Positions 52,860 through 62,973 of a stretch of 64,000 nucleotides of DNA are shown one piece after another. The stretch's first letter is position 1. Each line of letters opens with the position of its first letter. This DNA is from an uncultured Planctomycetaceae bacterium (GTDB lineage: Bacteria > Planctomycetota > Planctomycetia > Isosphaerales > Isosphaeraceae): contig CAWIAD010000002.1 in assembly GCA_963833985.1 (NCBI GenBank), positions 6,272,001 through 6,336,000 on the forward strand. Reading direction: 5' to 3'. The notes under the pieces are model-generated. The model did not search any database. It saw only the letters and a list, made by a program, of their open reading frames with translations, and was not told the origin of the DNA. Position numbers and translations under genes: made by a program.

Positions 52860-53960
52860 ATGAGCCTCGTGCACCAGACTGCGGGCAGCCGCATTGTCTC
52901 GCTGGACCAGTTTCGCGGCTACACCGTGGCGGGCATGCTGCTGGTGAACTTCATCGGCGGCTTCCACGCGGTGGGCGCGGTCTGGAAGCACCACAACACG
53001 TATTGCAGCTATGCCGATACGATCATGCCCCAGTTCTTCTTCGCCGTGGGGTTCGCGCTGCGGCTGACATGGCTGCGCAGGCTGAAGACCCTGGGCGTGT
53101 GGCCGGCCGCCCGCGCCGCGGTGGCCAGGAACCTGGGGCTCATCCTGCTCGGGTTCGTGCACTACCATCTGGATGGCCGCGTGCAAAGCTGGGAAGAGCT
53201 TCAGCGCCTGGGCCTGCACGGTTTCCTGGCCAGAGCGTTCCAGCGCGATCTCTTTCAAACGCTGGTGCACATTGCCCTGGCCTCGCTCTGGGTCTTGCCG
53301 GTGATTGCGGCCGGCGCGCCGGTGCGGGTGCTCTTCGCCATCGCCTCGGCCGCACTGCATCTGGGCCTGTCGCATGCGTTTTACTTTCGCCACGCCTGGG
53401 ACGTGCCCGTGATCGATGGCGGCCCGCTCGGCTTCCTGACGTGGTCGCTTCCCCTGCTGGTCGGGTCGCTGGCGTATGACGCTGTCGCCGGCCAGGGCCG
53501 GGGAGACGGGCGGGAGGGCGCCAGTCCGGTACCCAAGCTGCTGGCCTGGTCCTGCGTGCTGCTGGCAGCGGGCTACCTGCTCTCGTGCCTGGGTGGTTCG
53601 GCGGCCGCGCCTCCCTTCGTTCCTCCGGCCGAGGGAACCGTGGCGAGCCTGTGGACGATGAGCCAGCGCACCGGCAGCGTCTCTTACCAGACGTTCGCGG
53701 CCGGCTTCTCGCTGGCCGTGTATGCCGTCTTCGTCCGGTGTTGCGACGAGGGCGGCATGGCCATCGGGCTGTTCCGGACCTTCGGCCAGAATGCGCTCGC
53801 CGCGTACATCCTCCACCCTCTGGTGGCCGGTGCGGTGAAGCCGTACATGCCGCCGAACGCGCCACTCTGGTACGTGGCAGCCGGATTCGGAATCTACTTT
53901 TTGATCTGTTACGTGTTCATTCGCTATCTTGAGAAGAGCGGGATCTTCCTTCGGCTCTGA
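52860..53960 (+). CDS. HGSNAT/NagX-like membrane acyltransferase
   Basis: RIVSLDQFRGYTVAGMLLVN, ADTIMPQFFFAVG and GQNALAAY motifs. Multiple TM helices. Confidence 0.85.
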   Translation: MSLVHQTAGSRIVSLDQFRGYTVAGMLLVNFIGGFHAVGAVWKHHNTYCSYADTIMPQFFFAVGFALRLTWLRRLKTLGVWPAARAAVARNLGLILLGFVHYHLDGRVQSWEELQRLGLHGFLARAFQRDLFQTLVHIALASLWVLPVIAAGAPVRVLFAIASAALHLGLSHAFYFRHAWDVPVIDGGPLGFLTWSLPLLVGSLAYDAVAGQGRGDGREGASPVPKLLAWSCVLLAAGYLLSCLGGSAAAPPFVPPAEGTVASLWTMSQRTGSVSYQTFAAGFSLAVYAVFVRCCDEGGMAIGLFRTFGQNALAAYILHPLVAGAVKPYMPPNAPLWYVAAGFGIYFLICYVFIRYLEKSGIFLRL

Positions 53961-54010
53961 CCGCCGTCTCATACCGGAGCGGGCGGCTGCCGCGACTCTG
54001 CTGTTTCGAG

Positions 54011-55009
54011 GTGAATCGCGTGGCTTCCGATGTCGCTGACTTACCGCCGATCGCCCTGGGGCTGGACGACATCGTCGCGGCCGCCGGCCGGCTCCAGCCC
54101 TGGGTCCATCGCACCGCGGTGTTGACGTCGCGGACGCTCGACGAGCGTGCCGGTGCAACGGTGTTTCTCAAGTGCGAGAACTTACAGCGCGTCGGGGCGT
54201 TCAAGTTCCGCGGCGCGATGAACGCCTTGCTGCTGCTGGAAGACGATCAGAGGAAGGCGGGAGTGGCCACGCACTCCTCGGGCAACCATGCCCAGGCCCT
54301 GGCGCTGGCGGGGCGGCTGCTGGGCGTGCCGGTCACCATTGTGATGCCGCGCACGGCGCCCGCGGTGAAGCGCGCGGCCACCGAGGGTTACGGCGCGCGG
54401 ATCGTGCTCTGCGAGCCGACGCTCGAGTCGCGCGAGGCCACCGTCGCCGAGGAATGCCGTCGCCATGGCCTGGCGCTGGTCCATCCGTTCAACGACTGGA
54501 ACGTGATCGCCGGCCAGGGAACCGCTGCGCTGGAGTTGCTGGAGCAGGCGGGGCCGCTCGACGTGGTGATCGCCCCGGTTGGCGGCGGGGGCCTGTTGTC
54601 GGGAACGGCGCTGGCGGTTTGCGGCCGCGCGCCCGGCACGCAGGTCCTGGGGGCCGAGCCGGCCAGCGCGGATGACGCCCGCCGCTCGCTGGAGACCGGC
54701 ACGATCCAGCCCTCGCTCGACCCGCGCACCATCGCCGACGGCCTGCGGACCTCGCTGGGCCCGCGCACCTTCGCCGTCATTCGCCGCCACGTCGCGGGCA
54801 TCGTGACCGCCAGCGACGCCGAGATCATCGAAGCGACCCGGTTTGTCTGGGAGCGGCTGAAGATCGTCATCGAGCCGTCCAGTGCCGTGGTCGTGGCACC
54901 GTTGCTGGCGGGCCTGATGCAAGGAAAGGGGCGTGTCGGCGTGATCCTGAGCGGAGGTAACGTGGACGTCCAGAGCTTCTTCCAGGGCCTTGCGGCGCAG
55001 TGGCTCTGA
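54011..55009 (+). CDS. PLP-dependent threonine/serine dehydratase (serine racemase-like)
   Basis: KCENLQRVGAFKFRGA, SSGNHAQA, GGGGL and SGGN motifs. Confidence 0.9.
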   Translation: MNRVASDVADLPPIALGLDDIVAAAGRLQPWVHRTAVLTSRTLDERAGATVFLKCENLQRVGAFKFRGAMNALLLLEDDQRKAGVATHSSGNHAQALALAGRLLGVPVTIVMPRTAPAVKRAATEGYGARIVLCEPTLESREATVAEECRRHGLALVHPFNDWNVIAGQGTAALELLEQAGPLDVVIAPVGGGGLLSGTALAVCGRAPGTQVLGAEPASADDARRSLETGTIQPSLDPRTIADGLRTSLGPRTFAVIRRHVAGIVTASDAEIIEATRFVWERLKIVIEPSSAVVVAPLLAGLMQGKGRVGVILSGGNVDVQSFFQGLAAQWL

Positions 55010-55042
55010 TCCAGCTCGTCCTCGCCCTGGCGGGCCAGCCCC

Positions 55043-56371
55043 ATGAACGTGCCGATCGCGATCGCCATCATCGATCTCGCGCTGGTCATCGTGCTGCTGG
55101 TGCGCCGGCTGGACGTGCGGCTGGTGCTGCTGGCCGCGGCCGTGCCCCCGTTTGCCGTCTCGGGCGGCCTGGCGCCGATGCTCGCGCGGGTGGTCGCGGA
55201 GATGGCCAACCCCGGGACGGTGGTGCCCATCTGCACGGCGCTTGGCTTTGCGTACGTGCTCCGGGTCACGGAGTGCGATCAGCATCTCATCCGCCTTTTG
55301 CTCAGGCCGCTGGACCGGCTGCGCTGGCTGCTGGTTCCCGGCGGCGTCCTTGCCGGCTACCTGGTCAACACCACGGTGGTCAGCCAGACCGGCACGGCCG
55401 CGGTGCTGGGTCCGATCCTGATTCCGCTGCTCCGCGCCGGGGGGATTCCTCCTGCAACCGCGGGTGCCATACTGCTGCTGGGCTCGTCGATGGGCGGTGA
55501 GCTCTTCAATCCCGGCGCGGTCGAGATGCGCAAGCTGGCCCAGCTCACGGGGATCTCGGGGCCGGAAGTGGTGGCGCGGTCGAGCGCCCAGAACTTGCTG
55601 GCCTGCGGAACCGCTCTGCTCAGCTTCTGGATGCTCACCTGGTGGCGCCGCCAGCGCCGCCGTCGCGCGGATGCCGCGGAGGCGGACGGCTCCGCCGCGC
55701 CTCCGGACGAACCGGCCGGCGGCTCGGCGGCGCTGGCGATCCATCCCCTCAAGGCGGTGGTGCCGGTGGTGCCGCTGGTCCTGCTCTTTGCCGACTCCAG
55801 GCTGGGAAGCCTTTCCCCGTTGAGAGCCGTGGAGGGACCGGCCAAGATCCTGGCGGCGATGCTCATTGGCATGGTGCTTGCGGGGTTGGCCTCGCCGCGC
55901 TCGGCCGGACAGCTCGGCACGGCCTTCTTCGAGGGCGCGGGGTACGCCTACACGCACGTCATCTCGCTGATTGTGGCGGCATCCACCTTCGCCGAGTCCA
56001 TCCATCGTACGGGGTTGATCGGCGTGGTGGTGCAGGGGCTGCTGAACTGGCCGGCCGCGGCGCTTGCCGTGAGCGCTCTGGCTCCCTGGGCGCTGGCGGT
56101 GGTCTCGGGCACGGGAATCGCGCCGGCGGTCTCGGTGATGGAGTTCTTCGTGCCCGCGGCCGCGGCCATGCACCTGGACCCGGTGCGGCTTGGCACGCTG
56201 GCGGCGCTCGGCTCGCATTTCGGCCGGACGATGAGTCCTGCGGCTGCCGTCGTGGCCATGTCGTCGAAGCTGGCGCATGAGCCGCCGTCACGCCTCATTC
56301 GCCAGGTGGTCCTGCCGCTGGCGTTCGGCGCGGCTGTGCTGCTTCTGGCCACGCTGCTGGGCCTGGTCTGA
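55043..56371 (+). CDS. dcuC: DcuC family C4-dicarboxylate transporter
   Basis: ICTALGFAYVL..T.CDQHL, FFEGAG and GRTMSP motifs. Multiple TM helices. Confidence 0.75.
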   Translation: MNVPIAIAIIDLALVIVLLVRRLDVRLVLLAAAVPPFAVSGGLAPMLARVVAEMANPGTVVPICTALGFAYVLRVTECDQHLIRLLLRPLDRLRWLLVPGGVLAGYLVNTTVVSQTGTAAVLGPILIPLLRAGGIPPATAGAILLLGSSMGGELFNPGAVEMRKLAQLTGISGPEVVARSSAQNLLACGTALLSFWMLTWWRRQRRRRADAAEADGSAAPPDEPAGGSAALAIHPLKAVVPVVPLVLLFADSRLGSLSPLRAVEGPAKILAAMLIGMVLAGLASPRSAGQLGTAFFEGAGYAYTHVISLIVAASTFAESIHRTGLIGVVVQGLLNWPAAALAVSALAPWALAVVSGTGIAPAVSVMEFFVPAAAAMHLDPVRLGTLAALGSHFGRTMSPAAAVVAMSSKLAHEPPSRLIRQVVLPLAFGAAVLLLATLLGLV

Positions 56372-56416
56372 ACGCAACCTATCGCTTCCACTTGCGCTCG
56401 GATTTCAGGTTGTTCT

Positions 56417-57680
56417 CAGGGCTATTGACAGATTTAGCCTGGAGTAGATAGTTAAGTCTTCGTTGCTCAGGATGACACCAACGAGGGCCATGGCATGGAC
56501 GCGTCCCCACTCCTAGGCTTGCTTCATTTCCTCGGCGAGATTCCGGACCCTCGCAGCCGTCATGGCCGCCAGCATCCGCTTAGAGCGATCCTGGCGTTGA
56601 CCTGTTGCGCCATCATGTGCGGAGCCCGCAGCTATGCGGCGATCGCCCAATGGGCCCAGGACCATGACATCGCGCTGATGCACCGGCTTGGCTTCACGCG
56701 GCGCCCTCCCAAGTCCGGCGGGATCCGCAAGGTGCTCATGAGCTTGGATCCAGCCGCGCTGGAGGCCGCCTTAACTCGGTGGGCCGACGCCATGCTGGGC
56801 CGACTACCGGCGGCCGAGACGGGTTCCCCTGAAGCTTTTGCCCTTGATGGCAAGTCGGCACGCGGCAGCTTCGATGGGCTGAGCAAGGCGGTCCATCTAC
56901 TCTCGCTGGTGGCGCACGAGTCAGGGCTGACGGTCGCCCAAGCCGAGGTACCGCGCGGCGGGGTCGATAAGACCAATGAGCATAAGGCCGCCCTCAAATT
57001 GCTCTTGGACTTGGTCCTGGAGGGTCGCGTGATCACCGGTGATGCCATGTTCTGCCAGCGCGACCTGAGTCGACAAATCATAGACAGCGGTGGCCATTAT
57101 CTCTGGGTTGTCAAAGACAATCAGCCGACGCTCCTGGCCGACATCCAAGCGGCGATGGCCCCGCAGGCTGACGGGTCTTTTTCCCCCTCGGCAGCGCCGG
57201 CTCTGGCTTGAGGCGATGGACACGGCGACGACGATCGACAAAGGGCACGGCCGCCATGAGCGCCGCACGCTGACGGCCACGACCGCGCTGAATACTTACC
57301 TCGACTGGCCGGGTGTCAGCCAGGTGGGTCGGATCGAGTCGGTTGTCAAACGCGACGGCAAGTGCACGACGGAGACTCGCTATTTCATCACGAGCGTGCC
57401 GCGTGCAGTCGCCGGCGCTGAGCGGCTTCTTCAATGGTCACGAGGCCATTGGACGATCGAAAACAAGTCTCACTACGTACGCGACGTGACCCTGGGAGAG
57501 GATGCCAGCCGCATCCGCAAGAACTCTGGGCCAGAGGTCATGGCAGCGTTCCGAAACCTGGCCATCGGTTTGCTGCGCTCGTGGCAAGCGAACAATATCG
57601 CGGAGGCCATGAGGAGAAACGCTGCCCGAGTCGGCGAACTCTTCACCAAGTTGGGCATCTCCTAACTGTGATTGGCCCTG
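56417..57680 (+). mobile_element. Complete ISAs1-family insertion sequence (1264 bp)
   Basis: IRL CAGGGCTATTGACAGAT and IRR reverse complement CAGGGCCAATCACAGTT (13/17). Perfect 10-bp TSD AGGTTGTTCT at 56407-56416 and 57681-57690. Confidence 0.92.
56495..57665 (+). CDS. ISAs1 family transposase split into two frames at TTTTTCCCCC (about 57178-57187)
   Basis: PDPR...G..HPL, ALDGK, NE, TGDAMFCQ and VKDNQP in ORF1. KGHGRHERR, RYFITS, HWTIEN.SHYVRDVTLGED and RNLA in ORF2 (+1 frame). Confidence 0.9.
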
Positions 57681-57922
57681 AGGTTGTTCTCATTTGGACT
57701 TGAGGCGAAATCGGACCTCTGTTACCTTGCCGGCGCTTTCGGCTCGAAACCATATCGTGCGCTGGACTGAAGCCAGGGCGGCGCTCCTCGGCTGCCACGG
57801 CCAGGCGCTCCTCCAGGTCGCGCGAAGGGCTGCCAGCCAGACCTTCTCTTGGTTTTCTCTGGGTCTTGACGTCCTCGGTGGGTGGAACGATCCCGAGCCA
57901 GAACGGCAAGGAGGCCACTGGC

Positions 57923-59248
57923 ATGAGTCGCCGCGCAGCCCTGATGCTCACGATGTTGCTGGGATCTCTGCTCCCGCCGGAACTGCTGGCGCAGGAGTCA
58001 CGGAGCCATCGTTCGTCGAGCTCGTCGGCGAGCCAGGGCAAGACCCTGCGTCCCACCGCCGCCAAAGACCCGGCCGATCTGGATGAGCGCGACGATTCCG
58101 CCCCTGCCGCCGAGGATCCCCCCGCCGGACTGCTGCACGAGCCCGGGTTCCAGATGCGCACCTTCGACATCGCAAAGTACACACGCGTCGCCCAGGGCCA
58201 GCAGAACCCCCAGAAGGCCATCATCGACTGGATCTTCCGCCGCACGGGCACGGCCGACTGGCACGGCGAGAAAGTGGCGGTGCTGTGCGCGAGCAAGAGC
58301 GAGGTCAAGGCGTACAACAGCCCGCAGGTGCTCAAGCAAGTGGCCGAGGTGGTCGAGCGGTTCACCGGCGCCTCCGAGGACATCCTGGCCGTGCACGTGC
58401 GGTTCTTCATCTCCACCGACACCCGCTGGCGGCACTCGGTCTTCTCGCAGCTCACCCCGGTCGCGAGCGGACCGCAAGGGCAGCAGATCTGGATCATGCG
58501 GATGACGGAAGCGTCGCTGGTCATCTCGCAGATGCAGCTTCAGCAAGGCTTCCGCAAGGTGGCCGATGAGCGCGTGGAAATGGTCAACGGCCAGTTGCTG
58601 AGCATTCGCACGGCCGAGCCGCGCACCTTCGCTGGCGGCATGCAACGCGAGAGCTCGGCCGGCCAGGGCTTCACGCCCCGCGCCGACAAGCTCGACGAGA
58701 GCATCGTGCTGAAGCTCAGCCCGCTCTTGACCTTCGAGGGCGACTCGGTCGATGCCTGGATTGACCTGACGGTGAACACCGTGCGCATGTTTCATCGCAC
58801 CAAGGTCATCGCCCCGCGCGAGCAGGGACCGCCGGAAATGTCGATCGACGTGCCGGAAGTGTCCATGACGCACCTGAACCAGACGGCCAAGGACTGGCGG
58901 CTGGGCCAGACGCTGCTCATCACCGGCGGCATCCATCCGGGAATTCTCGACAAGAAAGGCGGCTGGCTGGGCACGCCCATCGGCGCGCCGACGAGCACCG
59001 AGGTGCTCGTCTTCCTGGATGCCGAGACCGTGAGCCGCGGCCGGCCCAAAGCCTCCGCCGAGGCCGATGACCGAACGGCTCGATCGGACATTCGCCCCGC
59101 CCGCGCCGGTGCCGGCGCCGGCGCGGAGGATTCAACCGACGAGGAGCCCCCGCCCCGTACCCGCAAGACCAGGAAGTCCACGCGCGGCCCCGATCTCGAG
59201 ACCGAGAACGCCGGCGACAACAGCAATAGCAACGACAACAATCCGTGA
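57923..59248 (+). CDS. Hypothetical exported planctomycete protein (possible secretin-like C-terminal region)
   Basis: AGGAGG SD and signal peptide. Beta-rich C-terminal half (GQTLLITGG..EVLVFL). Confidence 0.65.
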   Translation: MSRRAALMLTMLLGSLLPPELLAQESRSHRSSSSSASQGKTLRPTAAKDPADLDERDDSAPAAEDPPAGLLHEPGFQMRTFDIAKYTRVAQGQQNPQKAIIDWIFRRTGTADWHGEKVAVLCASKSEVKAYNSPQVLKQVAEVVERFTGASEDILAVHVRFFISTDTRWRHSVFSQLTPVASGPQGQQIWIMRMTEASLVISQMQLQQGFRKVADERVEMVNGQLLSIRTAEPRTFAGGMQRESSAGQGFTPRADKLDESIVLKLSPLLTFEGDSVDAWIDLTVNTVRMFHRTKVIAPREQGPPEMSIDVPEVSMTHLNQTAKDWRLGQTLLITGGIHPGILDKKGGWLGTPIGAPTSTEVLVFLDAETVSRGRPKASAEADDRTARSDIRPARAGAGAGAEDSTDEEPPPRTRKTRKSTRGPDLETENAGDNSNSNDNNP

Positions 59249-59319
59249 CCGGCCGTGGGCGCAGCCTCCTCATGCCCGGCGGCCGCCGTGGTTCCCTCCA
59301 GGAACACGAGGCCACCGGC

Positions 59320-62300
59320 CTACCGCCAGTCACCCGAGAGCACGAAGGCCGCCCAGTACAGTGGCGGCAGCGGGTCGGGCACCTTGCCGGCACCCCCTGC
59401 CTCTGGATGACCCGCGCCTCCAGCTCTTCTTGAAGAGCGGCGCCGGTATTCCTGAATCATCGCGAGCTGCGCCTGCCGCAACGCCTCGAGCCGGGAAAGG
59501 TGCTTCGTCCACAGGTTCTGGTAGAACCCGGCCATCAAGGTCCGCGTCGAGCTGACCTCGACCGACCAGAGGCTGGCGAGCACGGTTTGCGTCCCGGCCA
59601 GGTGGAACGCGCGTTGCAAGCCGAATACGCCCTCACCGCCGGCGACCGTCCCCAGGCCCGTCTCGCAGGCCGAAAGCACGGCCAGGTCGAGATTCTCGAG
59701 CGGTAATCCGGCGATGGCCTCGGCCGAGAGGATCTCGTGGTCGTCCGCAGAGACCCCAGCGCCCGGAGATCCGTGAGTCTTCCCGCCCAGCTCCAGGCCG
59801 GAGAGGACCAGCGGATTGCGGGCCAGCGGAGCGGACACCTTGCGCCCCAGCCGATCGAGCGGATCGGGGCCGACCTGGAGTAGCGACTGGACCTCCGGCG
59901 TGGCGAAGAACCCGTGCGTATCGAAGTGAGCCCAGCGCGCCTGGGGCAAGGCCTGGAGCACCGCTGCCATGCTGGCCGCTTCCCCCTGAAGCGTGATGAT
60001 CCGCCTGGGCCTGGCCAGGCTGACCACGGTCTCCAGCTCGTGCACGGCTCCCGGTCCCGAGCCGGGCATGCCGCCCACGGCGAGCAGCGTTCCCTGGACC
60101 AGGTCCGGGCGCCGGGGTGTCGTCAACAGGTCGAGCACGAAGGGCGCGTGCGGTGCAACCGCCAGAGCGTTCTCTTCGACCAGGAATGTCCCCGGCCGCT
60201 CGCCGGGGAGCGCTGCCCACGGAATCGCGGTCAGCAGTCCGTCGGGAACCAGGAGGACGGTCCGTGTGGCCACGGGCAGATGCCGCGCCATCGGCTCCCA
60301 GACGAGCCGGCGGAGGGTCCCCGCGGCGGCGCTTGCCTGTCCCTGCACAATGGCCTCACGCCACTCCTGGACGGCCCCGTCAATCGCGGCCGCCGGACCC
60401 AGGTCCACACATCGGACGGGCGTTCCCCGGGCCAGCACGAAGCCCACGTAGCTGGTTGTGAAGCGCAACCCCGCGTTCCCCGTCACAGCGCGGTCCTGCT
60501 CGCGCCGCGAGTAACGCGTGAAATCAAGCACGGCCACGCGCTCGGGCAACGCGTCCAGCAGCGCGTGATGGGAACTTCGCTGTAGACCGGCGACCTGCGA
60601 CCAGCCGGGCAGCGCGTCGGCAAGCTGCCGTTCCAGCCGCTCTTTCTCCGCGCTGAGCTGAGTGATCCGCTGGCTGCTTCCTTCCCCGGGTTCAGGATCC
60701 GCCAGCAACAGCCGGGCCAGCTCGCGCCGCTTGTCGTTCCAGGCCGCGAGGGCCCGGCCTGCCTCGGGACTGGACCTTGCCCGCTCGGCCAGCGCGCCCT
60801 GCCGCCGGGACAGCAGGCGCGCAATCATCGCTTTTCGCTGCCAGACGTGTGCATACAGGCCATCCTCTTTGCCGTCCAGATGCACGCCACAGGAGACGAG
60901 GCGCCAGAACATCCCCCGGGAGAGTGCCAGGTACGACACCGCGTCGGCCTCGGAGGACGAGGCCACGAACAGCTCGTCAAGGTCGTCGCGCATTGCCATG
61001 GCCCTGTCCAGCAGCACCCAGGCGCCGCGCGGTCGCCCTGCCGCAGCTTCAGGGTGCCCAGGTTGGCCAGGGCCAGCGCCAGCTCGGGATGGCCGGAGGG
61101 ATAGGTCTCCCTGCGGTACGTCGCCTGGCAGATGCGCAGCGCCTCCCCGAAATCTTTCTCGGCGAGGTCGTAGTTGCCCAGTGCGGCAAGCACGTGAGCG
61201 CGGTTATTGAGAATCGCGGCCAGGTCGCGGTGGCCCGCGGGATAAACGGCTCGGGCCATCTCGAGTGCGCGCTCGTCGTGGGTTCGCGCCGCGGGAAACT
61301 CGCGTCTCTTCTCGAAGAAGACTCCGAGATCCACGAGCACCGACAGGATACTGGCGTGACCGCGGGGATATCGGCTGCGCGGATAGAGTGCCTCCTCCAT
61401 GGCGAGCGCCGCAGGTAGTACCGTCGTGCATCCTCGAGCTGGTCCTGTGCTTCAAGTGCTCTGCCCAGCTCGTCCAGCACACCGGCGATCTCGTCATTTC
61501 CCCTCGGGAATCGATCCGCAGGATAGAGCCGCTGGTACATCAAGAGCGCCTGCTCGAGACGCTTGCGCGCCTCGCCGGGGTTACCGGTCGCGTTCATCAG
61601 CCGGCCCAGGTTGGCGACGGTCCGGACAAGATCAGCCTGCCCGCGCGGGTACTTTTCGCCGGGGTAGAGCCGCTCGTACATCGCCAGGGCGCGCTCGAAA
61701 TCGCGCTGCGCGGGACCGTACTCTCTTCGCTTCGCCCGTACCACGCCGCGGTCATGCAGGCTGCGCGCGAGATCGGCATTCCCCTGGGGGAACTTTGCCT
61801 CCGGGTAGAGCCGCTCGTACATCGCGACGGATTGCTCCAGCGGCTGGAGTGATTCCTCCGACTTGCCCACGCGGTTGAGCTCGCCGCCGATGCGGTTGAG
61901 AACATGTGCCAGAAGGTAATGTCCATCGGGAAAGCGGTCGCGGGGGTAGACGACCTGGTAAATCTTCAGAGCCTTCTGGAGATGCGTGATTCCCTCGCCG
62001 TGGTTGCCCTGGGCGATCAGCTCGGTGGCCAGGTACTCATGGTTCAGCGCCTCCAGAGGATGGCGGCCTGCACAGACCACTTCCGAGACTGGCAGCGCCT
62101 TGCGGAAGCAGGCGATTGCCTCGTCGCGCTTCCCCTGCTGCGCCAGCGCCAGACCCAGGTTCAAGAGGTCGATCACATAACCGCTGGTGCGCTCGCCCAG
62201 CAGACCTTTCCGCATGTCCGGAACCTTGCGCAGCAGCGGTACGGCGTCATTGACCTTTCCCTGGGCCATCAGCTCTCGGGCCTGCCGCTCCATCCCGATT

Positions 62301-62774
62301 GCTTCCTTGAGCCTGCGCCGGTCTTGAACGCTCATCCGTGAGAGCGTCTCGGCCTTCTGGAGTTCCCAGCGCCTCGACGGCCTCGTCATTGTCCTTGCCG
62401 AAGCGCGCGGTCAAGGCGGTCAGCACGTCGCTTCGTGCTTGCTTGAGGGCGGGCCAGTCTTCACTTTGCTCGTTCCAGAGCGCCACCAGTTTCGTGGAGC
62501 GGATGACCTCGTCGCTGTCCTTGCCAAACAGCTCACGCTCGATGGCCACCATGGCCTGCGCGGCGGTCACGGCTTCCGCCGTCTTCCCTTCCGCACGCAA
62601 CTTCCTGGCTTGCTGGCTGAGCGCGTCACGCTCCTTGAGGCGTTCTCGCTGCGCCGCGGAGAGACTGATGGGCGGTTGCGGCTCGGCCCCGGTGCACAGG
62701 GGCGTGCCGAGCACTGCCGCCGTCACGATCACCGCCCGGAACCAACCCAGACGAAACCGGAGTCGAGACGCCAT
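59320..62774 (-). CDS. Secreted TPR + CHAT (caspase-like peptidase) protein (frameshifts near 62370, 61410, 61020)
   Basis: Signal peptide and repeated TPRs with YP...YP.GH..LA linkers. CHAT motifs HFDTHGFF, LSACETG, GEGVFGLQRAF, SLWSV and YWAAFVLSGD. Confidence 0.85.
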
Positions 62775-62973
62775 GATAACCCCCTCGAAGCGGGATCACG
62801 CGAGCAACGTTGCATCGACACGCCAGCCTCCGATCATTGTCAGTGCCCGGTGCATCGCATGCAAGACGCGGCCGGCCGTTCCCGGGCGCTGGAATGCCGG
62901 CGGCGGGGTCCGCTATGCTGAGGCCTGATTGCAAGGCCGGTGCGGATGGGTGGGGCCCGCGAGGAGGCGATCG

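Noticed and set aside
51891..54158. 755-aa minus-strand ORF
   Set aside because: The first ~500 aa are an antisense shadow of the HGSNAT-like gene. Only the C-terminal ~246 aa look coding.
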